A stretch of DNA of 63,765 bases, filler included, from Chrysochromulina tobinii (Eukaryota): assembly GCA_001275005.1 (NCBI GenBank). It is 8 parts of 8 records of this genome, joined end to end, with 100 filler letters (N's around TTAATTAATTAA, not from the genome) between each part and the next. Parts side by side here need not be neighbours in the genome. Positions count along the whole stretch, not along the records: positions 49,672 to 61,996 come from JWZX01000694.1; positions 62,097 to 63,765 come from JWZX01000728.1; 6 more parts are not named here. One strand, written 5' to 3'. A program made the position numbers and the translations under genes. The stretch's first letter is position 1, and each line of letters begins with the position of its first letter. Under the pieces are notes generated by a model. That model was given only the letters and a program-made list of their open reading frames with translations, searched no databases and had not been told where the DNA came from. Shown here one piece after another: positions 54,108 to 63,765 of this stretch.

Positions 54108-55101
54108 TCACCGCTGAGAGTGGTCGAGTGCAACAAGATCGAGGCGACGGCGATGGCAAACGCGCCACCACGGCCGCGTGTTGCGGGTGAAGGGTCGGGC
54201 AGTGGTTCGTTGACTGCCGCTTCGAGAGCTTGGGCGCAGCGCCGCCGCGCCAAGCCGCGCCAAGAGGCCGCGCCAGGAGGCCTGCAGGTGCTGCGCAGCG
54301 GCACCACGCCGACGCTCGAGCGTGCGTTTGTTGATCTCGAAGAATTGGTCGATCGTGACGTGCCTGGTCAGGCCGCTGCCGGCAGACGCGAGCGTGGGGC
54401 ACGGCGCTCGCAAGTCCACAAAGTGTTGCATGCCGTCGAGGAACCAGCGGACGAGAAGTGTCTTGAGATGAAGTACCCAGAAACCCGTGTGAAGTACCGC
54501 GGGCACAGTAGCGGGTGCCGCCGTCGCAAGCGACTCGGGCAGCGCTACTGGCACCGTATCATGCAGCGCTTCGAGCAGCGTGTGCGCCTCGCACTCGGCA
54601 ATGAGGCCATTTAGGAAGATCGGCAACTCGCGCGCTTGGGGTGGGGGCTCGCACCCGAGAAGGCGGCAGAGACTCAAGACGTCGGCATGGCTGCGAATGA
54701 TCGAGTACTCCAAATCATCGGCACGGGCGATTTGAAGCTCAAAATGAGCGTAGCTGTCGACAAACCCGCAGCAAACTCGCAAGACACGCAGTGGTGGCGC
54801 TGCGATGACGGCGCCCCTTGGCTTAGTCGGGGTGACGTAGCTCGCTTGTTTGACGGCGGTCTGGAAAGGGGCAGAGTCGAAGAACGCGGGCAGATCTAGC
54901 ACGCTGACCGGCGAAGAAGCGTCTCCCGAGTCTCGGTGTACGTTCCCGATCTAGCACGTGGGCAGCGTGTGAAGGATGCCCTCCACCAATCCCTCGACAA
55001 CGTCATCCTCGAGCGACTCGATGCGGGCCTGGAGCTCGCGGTGTGCGTCGCGGCAGCTCTCAATCTCGCGATGGTCAATGTTGAAATTCTTGAACCGCCA
55101 T
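54108..55101 (-). CDS. PX-like plus IQ motif protein; intron 54904-54957; probable frameshift near 55085
   Basis: YAHFELQI...YSIIRSHADVLSLCRLL (PX-like) and AAAQHLQASWRGLLAR (IQ). A GT-AG intron joins upstream HTLPT to VLDLP. Confidence 0.55.
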
Positions 55102-55316
55102 GTGCTGCGAACACAGGATCACCAATCAGGCCAAGCCGGCGGGCGCAGGTTGAGCGCGCCATGGGGAGAGTCTGCGCGGTGCGGGTGCGCAGCGAAAAAA
55201 GTAGGCAGAGTGTCACACCCCCTCGCTCACACGCTCTTTCGATCGAATTCCTAATACGACTCTTTCGATTCCACTCATAGTCGTGAAAGGCATCTGGGAG
55301 GCAGCGCCTTGTGTCG

Positions 55317-56711
55317 ATGTGTCTTGGTGACAGTGTGACCCAGCGCCGCCGCCGCCGGCAGCAAGCGCCGCAGCCGGGAGACGAAGAGGCTTGCTGCGAC
55401 GAGTCGACCACGGCCGCCTCAGCCAGGGCGTCCGCCGAGGACGAGAACACGCCGCCTGTTTCTGCTGGCTCAAAAGCTGCCAACCGCCGTCAGCGCCGCA
55501 ACAGGCAGGAGCCAGAGCCCACAGAGGAGGAGGTCGAGCTCCCGGGGAGACGCATGAATGCGCGTGCCGCCGCCTCCGACGTGCCGCCCGAACCGCCTTC
55601 GCCGGCGTCGACGGACGCGAGCGGCTCCAACGCAAGCGAGGGCGCCGCAAAGATGTCGCGCAGCGAGCGGCGACGGCTGGAGGGCAGCCTGGCGCCGGCG
55701 CGCAGCCTTTTGCCGGTGCGCAAGGGCCCGCTGCCCGAGGAGGAGCGGCGGTTGCTTGAGATGCCGATCAAGCTCGATAAGGGCGACCTCTTTCGAGGCG
55801 GCGCACCCCAATTCCTCCACGAGCCGCCTGCGCCTGCGCTTGGCAACGTGACCCTCAGCTACGTGGAGATAGCGGGCGCGATGGACGCAGGCCGTTTCAG
55901 GTGCATATCGCGCGACTTCAAAGGGAGCGCCGATCCCGGGGGATCCGGCCACGGGCCGATGGCGGGTGGGCCGCAGGCGCGGGGCTTCGAGGCCGGGCGT
56001 CGGGAGCCGCTCAGATTCGGTCCGAGTGGGGGCACGCAGGTCGTGATGCTCTGCATTGGCATCGCGCTGAATGTCGCGCAGGGCGCGCTCGCTGGCCTGA
56101 CGCTGATGATGCTTGCGGTGCACCCGTGGCCCGACGAGGCTGCCCCCACGCTCTTGCGTCCGATGACCTTTGCGCCGCTCGTGGTTCCTATGCAAAGGGT
56201 GCAGCACGTACTCGCTAGCTTCTCCTTTCTCGGAGCGGCGGACTTGCACGCCGCCTCGCCAAGCTACGGGAGCGGCCTCGTGCTGCTCATCTACGTGGGC
56301 GTCATCATCACCCTCGTGCTCGAGCTGCCCACGGACGTGGGCCTTACCATCGGGCGGGAACGTCGGCAGGCGGTGCTCGTCGAGGCGCTCGACTTTTCGC
56401 AGGGCCTGAACACGACCATGCGCGTCGCACCCGACGGCAGCCTCGTCTTCGGCCAATCCGCCGAGGTGCTCGAGGCGCAGCCGTTCAAGGACTCTTTCAT
56501 GCCCGAGAGGCTCGCGAGCATGCAATTCGAGCCGCACACGCGCGACTTCTTCGAGACGGCTCTCTCTGAGAAGCAACTCAGCTTTTGGACCTCGCTGCTC
56601 TGGACGCGCGCCGTGCTCGCGACCATCAGCTGGGTGCTCTTTACCCTGATGCAGGCGGGGTGGGCCTTCACCGTCCCGCCTGTCTCGATCGACCGCTCCC
56701 AATCCACCTAG
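55317..56711 (+). CDS. TMEM237-like ciliary transition-zone membrane protein
   Basis: Disordered N-terminus and four TM segments with QGALAG, FAPLVVPMQ...SFLGAAD and LATISW. Confidence 0.55.
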   Translation: MCLGDSVTQRRRRRQQAPQPGDEEACCDESTTAASARASAEDENTPPVSAGSKAANRRQRRNRQEPEPTEEEVELPGRRMNARAAASDVPPEPPSPASTDASGSNASEGAAKMSRSERRRLEGSLAPARSLLPVRKGPLPEEERRLLEMPIKLDKGDLFRGGAPQFLHEPPAPALGNVTLSYVEIAGAMDAGRFRCISRDFKGSADPGGSGHGPMAGGPQARGFEAGRREPLRFGPSGGTQVVMLCIGIALNVAQGALAGLTLMMLAVHPWPDEAAPTLLRPMTFAPLVVPMQRVQHVLASFSFLGAADLHAASPSYGSGLVLLIYVGVIITLVLELPTDVGLTIGRERRQAVLVEALDFSQGLNTTMRVAPDGSLVFGQSAEVLEAQPFKDSFMPERLASMQFEPHTRDFFETALSEKQLSFWTSLLWTRAVLATISWVLFTLMQAGWAFTVPPVSIDRSQST

Positions 56712-57385
56712 CACGCCCGTGTGATCTCGGACGCTACACCGACTCGGCTATGCGTGCCGCTTGTTGCTCAGACCGGTTGAGTCTTCTCAGCCCCCTGTGG
56801 CGCGCGCGCCTCCGCGCTGTCGGCTCAGTGCCCCCGGCCGTTGACAGCGTTTAACGTTCAGCTACAAAATGCGAATAACGTTTCAGTATCCCCCGTTCCA
56901 GTTTTCCTGTTTTGCGTTACTCGGTGTGTAATATACGAACAGTCGGTCATCGTCATGCGCGAGGATGCATACGTTATGGTATAACGGTCGCGCGCCTAAC
57001 GCGGAGAGTCATGAGTCAACACCGTCGATTTCAGTCGTCACGATCGAACGTGTCACGTCGGCCTCGAATATTGCGTTGATAAACAGCGTGGCCACTACGC
57101 GCAGCAGCACGCACAGCTTCTCGCTGAGCGGTGGCCGGGCCATGTTCGTCCACATCGTTGTCGTGTGTGGCAAGCGCTCCTCGGTGTGATGCCTCAGCCA
57201 GGGAGCTACGCCGGCGGCGTGTCGAGCGTCCTGTGGAACCGTCTCTTCGACGTCACGACCTTGGCTCAACGTGTGGCGGCGCGGCGGCGCGCGCCCCCCC
57301 GGCGGTCGCGCACTCCGGCAGGTGCACGTCCCTCGGGCGTAAGGAGAATCCGCAGTCCCGCCTCGAGTCGTCGTAGCTACGCGAG

Positions 57386-59245
57386 CTACGCGAGCGGCAG
57401 GCGCACCTCGAAGAGGTCATCACACTCGGAGGCTGGCGCGCTTCCCCCGAAGACGAGCAGCCGGTCGCTGGCCGCGGCGACGCAGTGGGCAAAGCGCGTG
57501 GCAGGCGCCCCTCGGGTAGGGACCTGCTCAAATGCCCCCGCCTCGCCACGCGCGGCCGCGTCGGGCGCGACCGTCCACACGTCGTTGCTCAGTCCTTCGC
57601 CTGTGAAGCCCCCAAAGAGGATGAGCTTCGCCGTCGGCGCGTCCGCGGCCAGCGCTGCGGGCAGCAGCGTCACCGCATGGCCCACGCGCCGGCAGGCCGA
57701 GTTGAGCGGGTTGGACCAGACCCAGCTCTTGAGGCAGAGTACACGCGCATCGTTCACGATGTCTTCACCCGAGCGTCCGCCGTGCACGAGGAGGCGCCGT
57801 CGTGTGGGCAACACCGCCGCAATGTGCATCTCCCGAGGCTGGGGTGGAATGCCAGTACATGTCATTGCGGCCCACTCAGCACACGGCGCACCGCCGCCCT
57901 CGGCCACGCCATCCTCGGCCGCGGCGCCCAGGGTGAGGCGCCATACGTCATTCCGATGGCTCTCGTCATCAGCGCCTCCGAAGAGCAGCACCGCGTTTCC
58001 CTCAGGGTCGGCTGTGAACGAGTGACCGTTACGTGCGGCCGGCGTGGCGCCCCGCGTCGCGAGTGGCGTGGTCCAGCGAGCGGTGAGGCCGCTCCGCGCC
58101 GGCACGTGCAGCAAGCTCACGTCATTCAGCAGCACGGAGCTGCGAGGGTCTTGCCCGCCAAAGATGAGGAGAGCTTCGTCTGCCTGTGTGGGCTCGTCTG
58201 CCTGTGTGGGATCGGTGCTGGGCGCTGCGCCGGGCGCGCGCAGGGCGGCAGCGGGCACTGTGGCGGCCGCGTGACCCGACCGGGGACTGAGCCCGCCTGC
58301 GAGCTCATGCAGCCGCCAACCCACTGGCGTGCCTCCCTCGCCACCCCCGCCATTCTCTTCTAGTACATACTCCCATACGTCCTGGTGAACGAGGCCGGTG
58401 CGGTCGGCGCCACCCACGAGCCATAACCGCCCGCCCACGAGGTTGAGCGTGGCGCCGCCACGCTGGGGAGGGCGCACGCCGCCGGGCGTCGGCAGCTCTG
58501 CCCAGCGTGGCCGCGGCTGTGCTACCGGATCGGACGCCGTTGCGCGCGCGGCGGCGGCGGCGGCGGCGCCGCTGGCCGCTTTGGAGGCCTTGGCGGCGGC
58601 GAGCGCTTGCTGGCACTCGCTGAGGAGCGGCGCATGCTGTTGCCCCTTCTTGAGGGCCGGCCGGCTCATCTCCGTTCGCAGCGCCTCGGCGATCGCCTCG
58701 TTCGTCGGTTCCAGCTTGAGCGCGGCGACGAGGGCCTTGGCTGCGTCCGCTGGCTGCCCGCTCGCCGACAGCGCCGAGCCGAGGCGGAAGTGCGCCTTGG
58801 CCGTTGTCGGCAGCAGCCGAACCATCTCGCACGCGTCGGCCACCGCCTCCGAGACGCGCTTCAGCTGCAGCAACGCGGCCGCGCGATTGCCGTACAGCAA
58901 CCCATTAGAACTGTCGAGCGCGAGCGCCTCGCTGTAGAGCCCCGCCGCCTCCTCGAAGCGCTTGGCTCCGAAGGCTGCATTGCCGCGCTCCCGGATGGCT
59001 TCCGATTCGGAATTGCGTGGCGCAGGTGGCGGCGTAGGCAGCGCCGCAGGAGCGGGCGCCGCGGCTGCAGGCGGCTTCCTGGCCTCGGCTGCCTTGTAGT
59101 CGGCCACCATGTCGGCGGTGAGCGTATGAACAGGCAGCTCAAAAGGCTGAACCTGCTCGACCTCCTCGCCGTCGTGGTGTGTCTCAGGCCCCTCATCATC
59201 CGAGGTGATCTCCTCGAAATAGACGGCGACACCTCCGTCAGACAT
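57386..59245 (-). CDS. TPR (3 repeats) plus Kelch-repeat protein
   Basis: RERGNAAF...YSEAL..LYGNRAAA...KAHFRLG. Kelch motifs PRSGHAA, LIFGG, RNGHSF, LFGG, RVGHA and RFAH. Confidence 0.88.
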   Translation of the reverse strand: MSDGGVAVYFEEITSDDEGPETHHDGEEVEQVQPFELPVHTLTADMVADYKAAEARKPPAAAAPAPAALPTPPPAPRNSESEAIRERGNAAFGAKRFEEAAGLYSEALALDSSNGLLYGNRAAALLQLKRVSEAVADACEMVRLLPTTAKAHFRLGSALSASGQPADAAKALVAALKLEPTNEAIAEALRTEMSRPALKKGQQHAPLLSECQQALAAAKASKAASGAAAAAAARATASDPVAQPRPRWAELPTPGGVRPPQRGGATLNLVGGRLWLVGGADRTGLVHQDVWEYVLEENGGGGEGGTPVGWRLHELAGGLSPRSGHAAATVPAAALRAPGAAPSTDPTQADEPTQADEALLIFGGQDPRSSVLLNDVSLLHVPARSGLTARWTTPLATRGATPAARNGHSFTADPEGNAVLLFGGADDESHRNDVWRLTLGAAAEDGVAEGGGAPCAEWAAMTCTGIPPQPREMHIAAVLPTRRRLLVHGGRSGEDIVNDARVLCLKSWVWSNPLNSACRRVGHAVTLLPAALAADAPTAKLILFGGFTGEGLSNDVWTVAPDAAARGEAGAFEQVPTRGAPATRFAHCVAAASDRLLVFGGSAPASECDDLFEVRLPLA

Positions 59246-59396
59246 GTCGACAAGCTGGAACCCGCGCAAAGCCACCTTCACTTCAGATGAAGGGGACTCA
59301 ACGGAGTTTGAGCGCCGAGGCCCAGTGTCACTGTTGGTCGCCTCTGATTGCAGCCCTTTCGAAAGCGCTCGCCTTACGTCCCGCCAACGGCCTTTT

Positions 59397-59849
59397 ATGC
59401 CCAGTGCAATTGCGATGCCGCCGGCCGCGCTGCCATCCGCTGCCGAGGCCGACGCCGAGGCCGAAAAGATCCTCGTGCACTCGCCCGTCCTCGACCGCCT
59501 CGAGGAATTCTTCTCCGACCCTTCTGTCACCAGTGCCATCAACGACTTCTGCTGCGCCCACGCATCAGTCACGCCGCTCGCCGAGGGCGCGGAGCACCCG
59601 CTCGAGTACCACACGGCCTTCCTCGAGTATGCAAAGCTCATCGAGGAACAGGTTGCCGCCTTCATGGCGGAGCACGGCTTCTCAGAGGAGGACATCGTCA
59701 TCGCCGCACTGCACGCTCCGCCAGGTGTGCATACGTGCATCGACTACTTACTTGCGTCAACCGAGTACACCGCCTTCCTGCAGCTCATGGGCCAATTCAA
59801 TAGCCTCGCGGATGCTGTCGACGACACGAACGACTACAAGGACTCATGA
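59397..59849 (+). CDS. BART/ARL2BP domain protein (CFAP36/ARL2BP family)
   Basis: EFFSDP...INDF...EHPLEYHTAFLEYAKLIE..VAAFM...G...LLASTEYTAFLQLM. Confidence 0.8.
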   Translation: MPSAIAMPPAALPSAAEADAEAEKILVHSPVLDRLEEFFSDPSVTSAINDFCCAHASVTPLAEGAEHPLEYHTAFLEYAKLIEEQVAAFMAEHGFSEEDIVIAALHAPPGVHTCIDYLLASTEYTAFLQLMGQFNSLADAVDDTNDYKDS

Positions 59850-60225
59850 CGCCATGTATCTATCACTTTCCTTAGTCTCTCTCGGCGGCGTGTCACCACC
59901 CTCAAAGCGACTGCGAGGATCCGGAGCGTGACCCGTTGCAGTTCGGTTCATTACATTACAATGAGTCACCCAGGCGCAGTCAGTCGACCGTGTGTGAATT
60001 GTATGGCTGTTACAAACGAGTCAGATGTGCGTGTATTACATCCAATCGAAAATCGACGGAGAGTTGAGACGCGCGGCCACAGCCCGGCACACGCGCTTAA
60101 CACGCGCTCGGCGCCCGCCCGGCGCCCCGCCCGACACTTGGCGCCCGGGCGGAGAGCCGGAGACCCGACGACGCGTCGGGTTTGACTTGCATGGAGGAGT
60201 TGCAAGCCAGAGCCGAGACGCCCGA

Positions 60226-61779
60226 TTACACATCGCCCGAGAGCGCCTCAAATGCCCGATGCACGTCATACGGATTGACGCACGCTGACGCGTACTTGTG
60301 CTTGATGTATTCGTTGGCGATGACTTGCCAGTTGTGCTTGCGGCCGATTGCGCTGTCAGAGATGCGCTGCTGGCAGTAGTAGTTGCGCAGCGAATCGGTG
60401 TGCTCGTTCTGAATGTAAAGGTACTCGATGCTGCCTCCGAGCTTGGCAATCGACGACGGCATGTCGCCCTCGAGCTCTGCGGCACGGGGGGCAAGAACGC
60501 GTGAGCGCCTGTCGTGCGCTTCGTTTGGGCACGGGCGACGGTGCGTTCGAGCGTTTCGCTTGCGCGTACTGTTGCCAAACGTGTCCCAATAGTAGAGGTT
60601 CTGGAGATCTCCTATGTTCTGGGGCAGCGTGCCCGAGAGCTGGTTGTCCTGCACCTGAAAGGTCTCCAAGCTATCCATGCTGGTGATCTCGTTGGGTATG
60701 GTGCCGGAGAGCGTGTTGTTCTCCATCATGAACTCGACCAACCTGCTGAGCCTCCCGAATTCGGTCGGGATGCTTCCTGACACCTGGTTGGTGGTGAAGC
60801 TGCCTTGCAAACGCCAGTACTTGAGGCTACGCAGATTGCCAACCTCGGTCGGGATCTGGCGCATGAAGCGCGACCAGTCCATCCTGAAGACTTGCAGCTT
60901 CCGCAGGTTGCCTATCTCGGTGGGAATGGTCGTGTTGTAGCCGTAAAACGAGTTGAAGTACGAGTCGGCGCCGACGCAGCATCCGTCAGCGCCGAGGTCA
61001 GGGTTGCTGGAGACGTCGAGCGCCTCGAGATTGGAGAGCTCGCCAATAGTCGTGGGAAGCGTGCCGTTTAGATTGTTGTGCGACACGTCGAACTGCGAGA
61101 GGCCGAACGAGTAGAGCAGCTCGTCGTCGATCGTAAAATTAGTGAGCCCACCCGTCGAGTTGTAGTACTCTTCCGTCAGCTCGTTAATCAGCTCGAGCGA
61201 CGGCGCATTCTCTTCGGGCATGGCGTGGGAACCCATGTTGCGGATCTCGGTAGGGATGGTGCCCGAGAAACGGTTGTGCGCAAGGCTGAAGGTCGCAATG
61301 TTGCGCAGCCTACCGATGGTGGTCGGAATGGTGCCCGATAGCTGGTTGTGAGAGAGGTCGATGATGGTCAAATTGATCAGCTGATCGAAGAGCGAATCGG
61401 GAAGGGTACCGACGAGATTGTTGTGCGAAAGCTGCAAACCGGTGATGCGTCCGAAGCGGCAGTTCTCTCCGTCAATTGGGTAGTAGCACGGGTCATCGCA
61501 CGAGGCGCCCATCCAGCTTTTGTTGAACTCGGTATCCCGAGGGCAAGGGTCCGAGACAAGTGGGTCCGTGCTGACAATGTCCCAGTTGTGGTTGCCGCCC
61601 GGCTGCATCATGTGATCATCGGGGGCTCCTGGCTGCAGCGCCCAGCTGGCTCCGCCGGTCGCCTGGTAGAGCTCCACGAGCGCCTGCCGGTCGCCATGTC
61701 GAGCAAATCCAGCTAATGTGGGCAACCACGCTTCTAGCAGTATCACGCGGCACCAAGCTTGCAGCCCGTGGCGCCACAT
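60226..61779 (-). CDS. Secreted plant-type LRR protein; 93-nt in-frame intron 60477-60569
   Basis: DRQALVELYQATGG..W cap and repeats LSHNQLSGTIPTTIGRL. Splicing gives FGNKLEGDMP. Confidence 0.85.
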   Translation of the reverse strand: MWRHGLQAWCRVILLEAWLPTLAGFARHGDRQALVELYQATGGASWALQPGAPDDHMMQPGGNHNWDIVSTDPLVSDPCPRDTEFNKSWMGASCDDPCYYPIDGENCRFGRITGLQLSHNNLVGTLPDSLFDQLINLTIIDLSHNQLSGTIPTTIGRLRNIATFSLAHNRFSGTIPTEIRNMGSHAMPEENAPSLELINELTEEYYNSTGGLTNFTIDDELLYSFGLSQFDVSHNNLNGTLPTTIGELSNLEALDVSSNPDLGADGCCVGADSYFNSFYGYNTTIPTEIGNLRKLQVFRMDWSRFMRQIPTEVGNLRSLKYWRLQGSFTTNQVSGSIPTEFGRLSRLVEFMMENNTLSGTIPNEITSMDSLETFQVQDNQLSGTLPQNIGDLQNLYYWDTFGNSTRKRNARTHRRPCPNEAHDRRSRVLAPRAAELEGDMPSSIAKLGGSIEYLYIQNEHTDSLRNYYCQQRISDSAIGRKHNWQVIANEYIKHKYASACVNPYDVHRAFEALSGDV

Positions 61780-61996
61780 GTGCGATGTGGCAGTACGGGC
61801 AGCAAGCCAAGCACCGCCAGTGCGAAAAATGACTGGCCTTGCGCGCGACCCTGCCACAGCGGCGCGTTTCGTACATGTACCGGTATGCGCGCTTGGCGAG
61901 CTGGATTATGTTTAGAGTGCTAACGCCGGCTTCCCCACCCCCGTATGTCGTTTTTTGTCGTGTGTCGTTTCGGTGGAGAGGAGCTCTTACTTTAGT

Positions 61997-62096
61997 NNNN
62001 NNNNNNNNNNNNNNNNNNNNNNNNNNNNNNNNNNNNNNNNTTAATTAATTAANNNNNNNNNNNNNNNNNNNNNNNNNNNNNNNNNNNNNNNNNNNN
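61997..62096. other. Artificial contig linker
   Basis: N-TTAATTAATTAA-N. Confidence 0.98.
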
Positions 62097-62294
62097 GTAC
62101 AACAGCCGCAGCAGCGGCGGCCAGATGTTGCAACCTGTACTGTTTTATAAGCTCCCCAATGCCGTGGCACCCGGGGCGGGCCGCCGGACCCACCGGGAAG
62201 TACAGAGACCGCTCTCGCATGCATTCGCATGAACGAGCGATTCGGTTACTGTGCACGCGAGTTCCCAAACACGCGCACAGAGCCATGCCGTGTC

Positions 62295-63149
62295 ATGCAG
62301 CCGCTCTTCCAGCACGAGCACCCACTGCTGATCTTGCCGGACTGGATGCACGATCACGAGCAGGCGCGGGAGGACCTCTATGGGAGGTGGGCCTCAGAGG
62401 CGCAGCAACATCCCGTCGGGTGTGCTTGCTGCGAACTTGTCCATCTTCTCACTTTCTTCTCATCGCGCATCGAGGCCCGAGATGAGTCGGCCGACGGCGC
62501 AACCACCAAGCTCGCTGTGGCACTCTCCGTCAACCTCCAAGAAGAGACGGTATTGATGCGCCATGGGAATCGCACGACGAAGTGCGTTTCGTCGCAGATG
62601 GGCTGCGCAAATATGCTGGGGTGTTCTTTTTGTGCAACGGGCACGATGGGCGTCGTTGGCGACCTTTCGGCGGGCGAGATTGTGGAGCAGCTGCTGCATA
62701 GCCGTCGGCTCGAGCGTGCGGACCGACACGGAGGGGCGGCAGGGGCGGCAGGGGCGGCAGGGCCGACGGAGGAGAAGGTCGAGGCAGACGCGTCTCTGTG
62801 TCGCGCCGGCCGCCGGCGCCTCCCACCGCATCCACACCGCCGACGCGTCCATCGAGGCCGCCACCGAAGCCGCCACCACACCTCGCTCACCGCTGCTACC
62901 GCTGCCGCCATCGCCGACGCACCGCGGCGGAAGTGTACTCGGTGCGGCGTGGCGGCGGCGGCGGCGGCAGCGGTGAGCGGGTGCGCAACGGTAGTGTTCA
63001 TTAGGATGGGCCTTGGCACGCATATTGCCGAGTCTGCCAATCTGGAGGACGACTTTGATTTCGAGTGCCCCAGGGTGCATGTTCGCAACGCATCAATATA
63101 CTCTGAGGAGCTCCTTGAGCCGTTATGTGCTGAGCTCATCGGTGGATGA
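62295..63149 (+). pseudogene. RlmN/Cfr radical-SAM methyltransferase fragment within a chimeric ORF
   Basis: SADGATTK...ETVLM...RTTKCVSSQMGCANMLGCSFCATGTMG...LSAGEIVEQL. The rest of the barrel is missing and the Cys motif spacing is altered. Confidence 0.7.
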
Positions 63150-63765
63150 TGGGTCAACCACACGGTGGAGAGCAGACGCGAGGCTCGCTCTCAACTGAAA
63201 TGGAGATGTGTGGCTCACTCTGTTAGCAAGGACGAAGACACAATCCCTGATGCCCTTCCTGATCATTTGCCTGGGGCTTCTTGCGCTCAAAAGAGCGGCG
63301 TGCCAACGTGCTGAGCGGGAACATGAGGACGTTTGGACCGGCGCCCGTCGAACGCTCGCGCGCGCCCGCTGCCGCTACCCACGCCGCCGCTGCTGACATT
63401 GAGGATCTGCCTTGGGACCAGCTCGTTGCTTCGTGCTGAGCTTCCTCATGATCTTTCCGAGTAAGGCATGGGTGACCACAGGTTTGCCAAAGACGTCGCT
63501 CACTCGCTGCGCGAGCGTGTGCACGCGGACGTATAGACGTCTCATGGCAACTCAGATTTCGGAGTATAGGTCCTAAGGCGACATCACCGCGTTATAACGG
63601 GTCGGTAATTTAATTATAACCGTGTGGTGTACTGTAGAGGCCACCCCTGTAAGCCCTAGGCCTAGCGGTGGTATCGTAGGGCGACGATGATTTTGAGTCC
63701 CTTAAGCCCAACGATTCAAGACAAGGACTTTTCTTTTGTGATTTCCGTTAATTAAACCTTTTAAA

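Noticed and set aside
54045..54614. + strand ORF with a basic C-terminus resembling mitoribosomal bS21
   Set aside because: The opposite strand has an IQ motif, a PX-like segment and a coherent intron, so the + ORF is probably a shadow.
8859..62096. Recurrent TTAATTAATTAA palindrome within N runs
   Set aside because: It is an artificial six-frame-stop scaffolding linker, not biology.
63600..63765. Telomere-like ccctag/ccctta words
   Set aside because: They are not tandem and do not form a telomeric array.

Overview
This is GC-rich eukaryotic DNA, probably from a haptophyte-like alga; that is inferred from composition, short introns and cilium-type genes, not proven. The window is eight contigs joined by 100-nt artificial N-TTAATTAATTAA-N linkers, so adjacency across linkers means nothing. 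Contig 1 holds a frameshifted Helitron (HUH Rep plus Pif1 helicase) with SAP and OTU-like tail domains. Contig 2 holds a 14x FG-GAP / Cys-rich / TM / non-RD TKL receptor kinase. Contig 3 holds a Mutator-like ORF (Zn knuckle, WW, OTU, GNAT, OTU) immediately followed by a TET/JBP-like 2OG-Fe(II) dioxygenase. Contig 4 holds a DIRS-type retrotransposon whose pol carries a C5 DNA-methyltransferase-like domain (PC to PT) between RT and RNase H. Contigs 5-8 hold compact host genes: PhyH, RlmI-like MTase, PP2C, PX-aminotransferase, PCF11, exosome RNase PH, F-box, NIPA, MFS, FKBP-TM-cyclophilin, EF-hand/IQ, LRRs, CDC26, TMEM237-like, TPR-Kelch, BART and an RlmN fragment. The most striking signal is a family of introns whose 5' end duplicates the start of the next exon (8-20 nt). 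Most continue with short TGATTGC/TGATGAC repeats and a CCTCATCAG-type acceptor, which suggests an insertion-based intron-gain mechanism. All domain calls are by eye from motifs; no searches were run.
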